Below are positions 42,523-46,813 of a stretch of 46,813 bases of DNA, one piece after another. The stretch's first letter is position 1, and each line of letters starts with the position of its first letter. Where the stretch lies: positions 1 through 46,813 of IMG/VR virus record IMGVR_UViG_3300045988_165665. One strand, given 5' to 3'. The notes under the pieces were generated by a model. The model did no database searches, was not told the origin of the DNA, and worked only from the letters and a program-made list of their open reading frames with translations. This DNA is from a virus. A program made the position numbers and the translations under genes.

Positions 42523-42866
42523 GTAAAATCACTCTTTCTACCTGTCCTTGCGTAAAGTTTATACTCCGCCATTTTTTGTATATATACCATGTTGGGGTAA
42601 TAAGCCTTTACTATTCCATAACTTAATCCTGTCTTTTGTGATATATCTCTAAATTTACAAATAAAATCATTACCTCTTCTTATTTTTAATTTTCTCTGTT
42701 CTATTATCTCCTTTCTCTTCTTTAAAAATTCTCTTAACATCTTATTTTTTCTCAATCTCTTGCATTCACTTGAACAGCATTTAATACGTGAACTTGTTGT
42801 TTTAAATGTTGCACCGCAATATTCACATTTTTTCTCTATTATCTTGGGCTTATACAATTCATTCAC
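42465..42866 (-). CDS. Zinc-ribbon plus HTH-like 133-aa protein
   Basis: CEYCG...CCSSEC, then a basic helix and ISQKTGLSYGIVKAY. Confidence 0.5.
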   Translation of the reverse strand: MNELYKPKIIEKKCEYCGATFKTTSSRIKCCSSECKRLRKNKMLREFLKKRKEIIEQRKLKIRRGNDFICKFRDISQKTGLSYGIVKAYYPNMVYIQKMAEYKLYARTGRKSDFTWLKAINTQTESVFTMYIN

Positions 42867-43713
42867 CCCAATCTTCTATTACCTCTGGTACATCTATATT
42901 TTCCAAAGGCTTTCTATATTTACTCTTTTTAAACTTCTGATACTGGCTATCTATTCTGTACATGGTTATTCTTTGTACCCTGCAACATTCATAATAGCCA
43001 CCATTATCTGCCCAGCCATAGCCATCATATATACTATTTTTGTCTATTATGTAGCCTTTTGGGGCTTTTTTTGTTGCCATGTTCCACCATCTATTATTTT
43101 TTATAACTTTGGTGGTTACTAATGGCATTTTTAAATTCTTAGATGCACAAAATCTTTTCTTATGCACCTTTTCTTTTCTGTAGAATTGTTCTCTACTATT
43201 TTTAATCAAATATGAAGCAAGCTTTTTGTATTCCCCACTGTAATCTAAATGTCTTATCGTTACTCTTGGGTATTTACATTCTTCTGTACCAACTATTCTT
43301 TGCCATGCTTTAGTTAGTACATCAGTATCGTGCTTGTTCATCACAATATGAAAGTGGATCATACCTTTTTTTGTGATGCCAGCCACGTAAATATACTTGA
43401 GCTTCTTTTGCTCTCTTTTGTATATTCTTCTCACTGTGTCCAGAAATGTATTTATATTTTTTCTGGCCACATCTATATCTATTTTTTTATGTGGTGGATA
43501 ATTTAGCGTTAAGAATAAATCTCCACCTTCAAAATTTTCATTTAATTTGTATCGGCAGATACGCTCTGCTTTTTTGTCTTGGTAACGCAACTGCTTCAAC
43601 GGTGTTTTACCTAGTGCAGGGCCATTAGGTATATTCTTTCCATATCTGCCACTATAGTATTGGAACTGGTCTATATAATTTTTTCCATATACCTTTTTCT
43701 GCACTAGTGCCAT
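42859..43713 (-). CDS. HUH-superfamily rolling-circle replication initiator (Rep_1/pC194-phiX-like motif order)
   Basis: Motif I LFLTLNY, motif II IHFHIVM and motif III LASYLIKN. AAGGAGG RBS. Confidence 0.75.
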   Translation of the reverse strand: MALVQKKVYGKNYIDQFQYYSGRYGKNIPNGPALGKTPLKQLRYQDKKAERICRYKLNENFEGGDLFLTLNYPPHKKIDIDVARKNINTFLDTVRRIYKREQKKLKYIYVAGITKKGMIHFHIVMNKHDTDVLTKAWQRIVGTEECKYPRVTIRHLDYSGEYKKLASYLIKNSREQFYRKEKVHKKRFCASKNLKMPLVTTKVIKNNRWWNMATKKAPKGYIIDKNSIYDGYGWADNGGYYECCRVQRITMYRIDSQYQKFKKSKYRKPLENIDVPEVIEDWGE

Positions 43714-43798
43714 ATTTCTAAGCCTCCTTGTTTTTATTTTCCTGTTAAAATAATACCTTTAGCAGGTCCACAAAACGCTCCACCGAACGCTTAAAAAA

Positions 43799-43827
43799 TT
43801 GACACCTAACCATTATTGATATATAAT
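43799..43827 (+). promoter_or_regulatory. Perfect TTGACA-17-TATAAT promoter antisense to the rep leader
   Basis: ttgaca at 43799-43804 and tataat at 43822-43827. The spacer contains TTGATAT. Confidence 0.75.
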
Positions 43828-43833
43828 TTAATT

Positions 43834-43937
43834 AAACTTTATATGTGGTTAGTTTTAAGCCCTTAGATTATTCGCAGTAACCTAAGGGCTTCGCCATTTT
43901 TTTAAGCCAGTAAACGTTTTGTGTTTATTGGTTTTTT
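43834..43937 (+). ncRNA. About 100-nt countertranscript (ctRNA) complementary to the rep mRNA leader
   Basis: Two hairpins (43857-43891 and 43906-43930), the second followed by TTTTTTT. No ORF. Confidence 0.55.
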
Positions 43938-44326
43938 TATTTCATAAAATCTTTAATTTTAATTACGATTTCTTCTTCATTCTTTTTTAAATCAGGAAGA
44001 ATTACATATTTTTCAATTGTTTCTTTTTCTTTGTATTTTGCTTTAACTTCTAAGTATATACAATCATCTTTAACTTCATAAAAATGATCGCCTTCACAAC
44101 CAAAATCATTTAATTTATATACAATGTTTTCATCTTTTTCGTTTATTCTTGAACATCTTAAATCTGCTTTATCATTAATCATTTTTATAAGTAAATTTTC
44201 TTCACTATTTTTAACCATTACATATTCGCCATTGATTAATTTTCTTAAAGCTTCTCTAAAACTAATTTCTTTCATATTGTTTTTCCCCAATCTTTCTATT
44301 ATTTGTCTAAAACTTTCATCTTTCAT
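43937..44326 (-). CDS. Hypothetical 129-aa protein
   Basis: ORF in the early operon. No family recognised. Confidence 0.5.
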   Translation of the reverse strand: MKDESFRQIIERLGKNNMKEISFREALRKLINGEYVMVKNSEENLLIKMINDKADLRCSRINEKDENIVYKLNDFGCEGDHFYEVKDDCIYLEVKAKYKEKETIEKYVILPDLKKNEEEIVIKIKDFMK

Positions 44327-44330
44327 TTAT

Positions 44331-44672
44331 TTACCTCACAATCTTTTCTATAAGAGCTGGTAAATCTATGCCATGCTCTTTTTTTATTTTTATTAAATCT
44401 TCATCTTTAAAATCTATAATTTTAGTTTTTTCATCACCTTCATATGCATATTCAATGCTTATGAAGTCTATTCTTTTCTTTACATCTGTCATGTAGCTAT
44501 CTTCTGGTTTAAGTAATGAAAATCCAGCAGTATGATTTAAATTACTCACATCAGCTATACAATCACCTTTTTTAACAAATTCTGTTAAAAATCCAGAGCT
44601 GTTAGCATGTATAATTGTTCCTCCATTGTGTAATATTTCTAAAGCCTTATAAAAATCAATTCTTTTTAGCAT
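44331..44672 (-). CDS. Hypothetical 113-aa protein
   Basis: ORF in the early operon. No family recognised. Confidence 0.5.
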   Translation of the reverse strand: MLKRIDFYKALEILHNGGTIIHANSSGFLTEFVKKGDCIADVSNLNHTAGFSLLKPEDSYMTDVKKRIDFISIEYAYEGDEKTKIIDFKDEDLIKIKKEHGIDLPALIEKIVR

Positions 44673-44674
44673 CT

Positions 44675-44776
44675 TTATTTTTCCCCTTTCCTTTCTTTGT
44701 GCATCCCTAAAGACTCTATGGCAAATAGTATTGCCCCTTTAGTTGTTATTTTCTTTAGGTCTTTAACTTTTAACAT
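44675..44776 (-). CDS. 33-aa micro-ORF
   Basis: GGGGAAAG sits directly before the ATG. Fills the 123-nt gap. Confidence 0.25.
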   Translation of the reverse strand: MLKVKDLKKITTKGAILFAIESLGMHKERKGEK

Positions 44777-44795
44777 CTTTCCCCAACCTAGTCTT

Positions 44796-45158
44796 TTATA
44801 TAGCATTTACATTTTTCCCAATTCTTTTATATTTTTTTACCAACTCACAAAAATCTTTTGTTATTTCAAGAGCAATAGGTATTTGCTCTTTAATCATTTT
44901 TGGCATACTTTCAAGTTCTAACGAACTTTTTATAACGCAATTTAAAGCGTTTCTATATTCTGGATTATTTATATTAATCTCATAATCCAAAAGTATTTTA
45001 TTTGACTTTTTAACAAAAATTTTATGTGGTTGTAATGGCTTATAAACTATAGCTATGTGATTTTCTTTTTGTTCTAAAATTAATTCTTTTATCAATTCCT
45101 TTTTTACTTCTTCACTAATAGAACGCTTCAACTCATCAATATCAACACTATATGCCAT
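44796..45158 (-). CDS. Hypothetical 120-aa protein
   Basis: ORF in the early operon. No family recognised. Confidence 0.5.
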   Translation of the reverse strand: MAYSVDIDELKRSISEEVKKELIKELILEQKENHIAIVYKPLQPHKIFVKKSNKILLDYEININNPEYRNALNCVIKSSLELESMPKMIKEQIPIALEITKDFCELVKKYKRIGKNVNAI

Positions 45159-45175
45159 TTCATCACCTTCTATTT

Positions 45176-45955
45176 TTAATTGATGCCATACTGTATAGAC
45201 ATCTTCTTTAATACTGCTATTGCACTATTAATAAGCCTGGCATCTTCCTCGATAATATCGAGTTTATTAATTTCTTTTATTTTGTTTTTATTTAATCCAG
45301 CTTTATAAGCTCTTTCTTTCTTGTTTTTTAATCTTATATTCAAATTGCAATGTGCTTCATTTTCCAGACGCTCATAAAATTCATGTCTTATCGCTTGATA
45401 TGGATTTTCCATATCTAAGCAAGGATAATATTTTGCAATTTTTCTCGTTACTGAACCAAAATATAGACGCCAATTACTGGCGTTTATTTGTTCGAGTTCT
45501 TTTATCTGCTCAATATTAGATTCAATCTTAGCAAGACGATTAGAATGTTCTTCTAATCGTTTTTGCTGTTCTTTCATCAACTTGATTGATTGTTCAAGAA
45601 TATCGAGCTGTGTTAAAGGTTTTTGCTGTTGCATTAACAACTGTTTTTCCATCTGCTCAAATTTTGTTACATATTCAGCAGTGAATAATACACCTTTTTC
45701 ACCCGTTAACTTATTTGCGACCATGTCGCAACCTTTACGAGTAAGATTGTAACAAGGTCTAGTTTCTCTTTTACTATCTACATAACTTGATTTAATAAAG
45801 AAATCTAACGAACGCAATTTTGCGTTGGTTAAAATTTGTACATAGCCATCAATACTACGCATTAAATCTGCATGACGTTTTCCAATCATTTCAGCCACCT
45901 GACGACTATCTACATAAATTTTCCCATTTTCATTAATTAGTTGTAATTCGTTCAT
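45176..45955 (-). CDS. Rha-family phage regulatory protein/antirepressor with coiled-coil C-terminal domain
   Basis: GGGGAGGG RBS before ATG 45955. IYVDSRQVAEMIGKRHADLMRSIDGY is the pRha motif. Confidence 0.85.
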   Translation of the reverse strand: MNELQLINENGKIYVDSRQVAEMIGKRHADLMRSIDGYVQILTNAKLRSLDFFIKSSYVDSKRETRPCYNLTRKGCDMVANKLTGEKGVLFTAEYVTKFEQMEKQLLMQQQKPLTQLDILEQSIKLMKEQQKRLEEHSNRLAKIESNIEQIKELEQINASNWRLYFGSVTRKIAKYYPCLDMENPYQAIRHEFYERLENEAHCNLNIRLKNKKERAYKAGLNKNKIKEINKLDIIEEDARLINSAIAVLKKMSIQYGIN

Positions 45956-45977
45956 CTTTATCCCTCCCCTATATTGA

Positions 45978-46073
45978 GCAGTACACACCCAGCAAGCATT
46001 TTTAAATCATCTATAATCATGAATTTTTTTACTTTTTAGAGGTCGTGGCAGTTGCTTACTGGGTTTGTACTGC
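45978..46073 (-). promoter_or_regulatory. 20-bp imperfect inverted repeat forming a long hairpin just 5' of the rha RBS
   Basis: Arms gcagtacacacccagcaagc (45978-45997) and gcttactgggtttgtactgc (46054-46073). Pairing is better on the minus-strand RNA. Confidence 0.45.
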
Positions 46074-46147
46074 CCAATATTTTTATTAATTTAGCCATAG
46101 TTATTTAAATATGTTGTATAATGTTTATACAAAGTTTCCTTTATTTC

Positions 46148-46209
46148 GCAAGTAGATATATAACTCATCTTAATCATCTCTCTATATATCTACTTGCATT
46201 TTTTATTTT
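46148..46209 (+). terminator. Plus-strand hairpin with T-run (orphan terminator)
   Basis: Perfect 15-bp arms gcaagtagatatata/tatatatctacttgc followed by ATTTTTTATTTT. Confidence 0.5.
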
Positions 46210-46230
46210 GTTTTTAAACCTCATTTTTAA

Positions 46231-46386
46231 TTAACTAGCAATTTTATCTTTAATTACATCAGATATACATGCACCATTTGAAATTACATATCCTTGCATT
46301 ATCCAATAAATCTGTTTTTGCTGTTCTTCACTTAATTTACTAAAAAGTTCTAAAGCATCTTTATTTCTTTTATCTATTTCTGTCAT
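46231..46386 (-). CDS. 51-aa first early gene (Cro position, no obvious HTH)
   Basis: AAAGGGGA RBS. First ORF after the early promoter. Below the track cutoff. Confidence 0.5.
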   Translation of the reverse strand: MTEIDKRNKDALELFSKLSEEQQKQIYWIMQGYVISNGACISDVIKDKIAS

Positions 46387-46431
46387 ATATATTCCCCTTT
46401 CACAGAAAGTAAATTATTTTATTTTTAACCT

Positions 46432-46487
46432 CTCCGCAATTAAATAATATCATTTTGAAATTATAATGTCAATATTTAATTGCGGAG
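46432..46487. promoter_or_regulatory. Genetic switch: perfect 15-bp inverted repeat flanking the early promoter
   Basis: CTCCGCAATTAAATA (46432-46446) and TATTTAATTGCGGAG (46473-46487). A third half-site GCAATTAAAT lies at about 46488. Confidence 0.7.
46444..46472 (-). promoter_or_regulatory. Early (PR-like) promoter TTGACA-17-TATTAT
   Basis: Plus-strand tgtcaa at 46467-46472 and ataata at 46444-46449, with a 17-nt spacer, embedded between the operator arms. Confidence 0.7.
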
Positions 46488-46508
46488 CAATTAAATTTAT
46501 GGTAATAT
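46480..46508 (+). promoter_or_regulatory. Candidate repressor-maintenance promoter TTGCGG-17-TAATAT
   Basis: The -35 overlaps the right operator arm. The TSS would fall a few nt before the GGGAGG RBS. Confidence 0.4.
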
Positions 46509-46527
46509 CTATATGGGAGGTATTAAT

Positions 46528-46813
46528 ATGGAAAAAATAAATGAACGAATAAAACAAATAAGAAAAACACTTAATTTATCTCAAGCTGCTTTCGGTAAAA
46601 AAATTGATGTTAGTTCTTCAGCAATAGGCTGTTGGGATATTGGTATACGACAACCAAAACCTATCCACATTTCAGCAATTTGCAATATTTTTAATATAAA
46701 TGAAGAATGGTTATTACATGGAACAGGAGAAATGTTAAAAAAAGACATTGATAATAATCCTGCTTTAACACAAATAGCTAAAGAATATAATTTAACTTCA
46801 ACACAAAAAAAAT
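46528..46813 (+). CDS. XRE-family CI-like repressor, N-terminal HTH part (continues in frame into 1..304; 166 aa in total)
   Basis: GGGAGG RBS 7 nt before ATG 46528. MEKINERIKQIRKTLNLSQAAFGKKIDVSSSAIGCWDIG is a classic HTH_3. ATG at 46732 (= position 8) is in frame (204 nt). Confidence 0.85.
   Translation, partial: MEKINERIKQIRKTLNLSQAAFGKKIDVSSSAIGCWDIGIRQPKPIHISAICNIFNINEEWLLHGTGEMLKKDIDNNPALTQIAKEYNLTSTQKK
46725..46813 (+). repeat. Terminal overlap identical to 1..89
   Basis: Same 89 nt as the window start. Confidence 0.95.

Larger units (their letters stand above)
1..46813. mobile_element. Complete circular temperate siphovirus / phage-plasmid genome (unit about 46,724 bp)
   Basis: 89-nt terminal overlap closes the circle. 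Contiguous lambda-like head, tail and lysis modules, CI-like/Rha switch, ParA+RHH partition pair and HUH Rep. No integrase-like ORF in the six-frame track. Confidence 0.8.

Noticed and set aside
42859-43713. HUH protein as an IS200/IS605 or IS91 transposase
   Set aside because: Its size and motif order (FLTLxY, HxHxV, YxxK) fit plasmid or phage RCR initiators. There are no terminal hairpin or IS ends, and it sits in the replication module with a ctRNA-like control region.
1-46813. CRISPR arrays, tRNA, tmRNA or rRNA genes, and an integrase/attP
   Set aside because: By eye I found no repeat-spacer periodicity, no cloverleaf-like GTTCRAATC T-loops in intergenic regions, and no recombinase-like ORF. 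This is a manual scan, so tRNAscan and cmscan should confirm it.

Overview
The window is one complete, circularly closed genome. Its first 89 nt recur at 46725..46813, giving a unit of about 46,724 bp. It is a very AT-rich (roughly 28% GC by eye) temperate lambda-like siphovirus. I found no integrase-like ORF. It carries a ParA/RHH partition pair and an HUH rolling-circle Rep, so I read it as a phage-plasmid.

The host is probably a low-GC diderm, with Fusobacteriota as my best guess. The evidence is a single-domain GH25 lysin, a lambda M-L-K-I-J tail tip and an OMP-type C-terminal beta-signal. This is inference only.

Almost all genes are on the minus strand. In transcription order (high to low coordinates) they are:
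- the CI-like/early-promoter switch (46.4-46.5 kb) and Rha
- small early genes, then the HUH Rep with a candidate countertranscript
- RecU, a MazG-like protein and two DUF3850/ASCH paralogs
- a late regulator, HNH, a cos-like site and Nu1/gpA-type terminase
- gpW, portal, a protease-capsid fusion and head-tail genes
- tail tube, G/GT chaperone (-1 frameshift) and tape measure
- gpM, a plus-strand moron, gpL, gpK and a gpI-J fusion
- an SGNH tail fibre, then holin and GH25 lysis genes
- a fully overlapping two-frame spanin-like pair
- a 2.5-kb cassette of small envelope-type proteins
- a six-gene operon ending in SNF2 helicase, IbrA-like PAPS-reductase and IbrB-like ParB proteins

The most unusual features are:
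- an ORF-free, GC-enriched locus of about 0.9 kb (2587..3546) that looks like a large structured RNA, with a consensus-promoter antisense sRNA against its 5' end
- the dual-coding spanin-like locus (12243..12752)
- several phased repeat arrays
- five perfect or near-perfect TTGACA-17-TATAAT promoters

Coordinates I derived by hand (promoters, hairpins, repeats, micro-ORFs) may be off by 1-2 nt.
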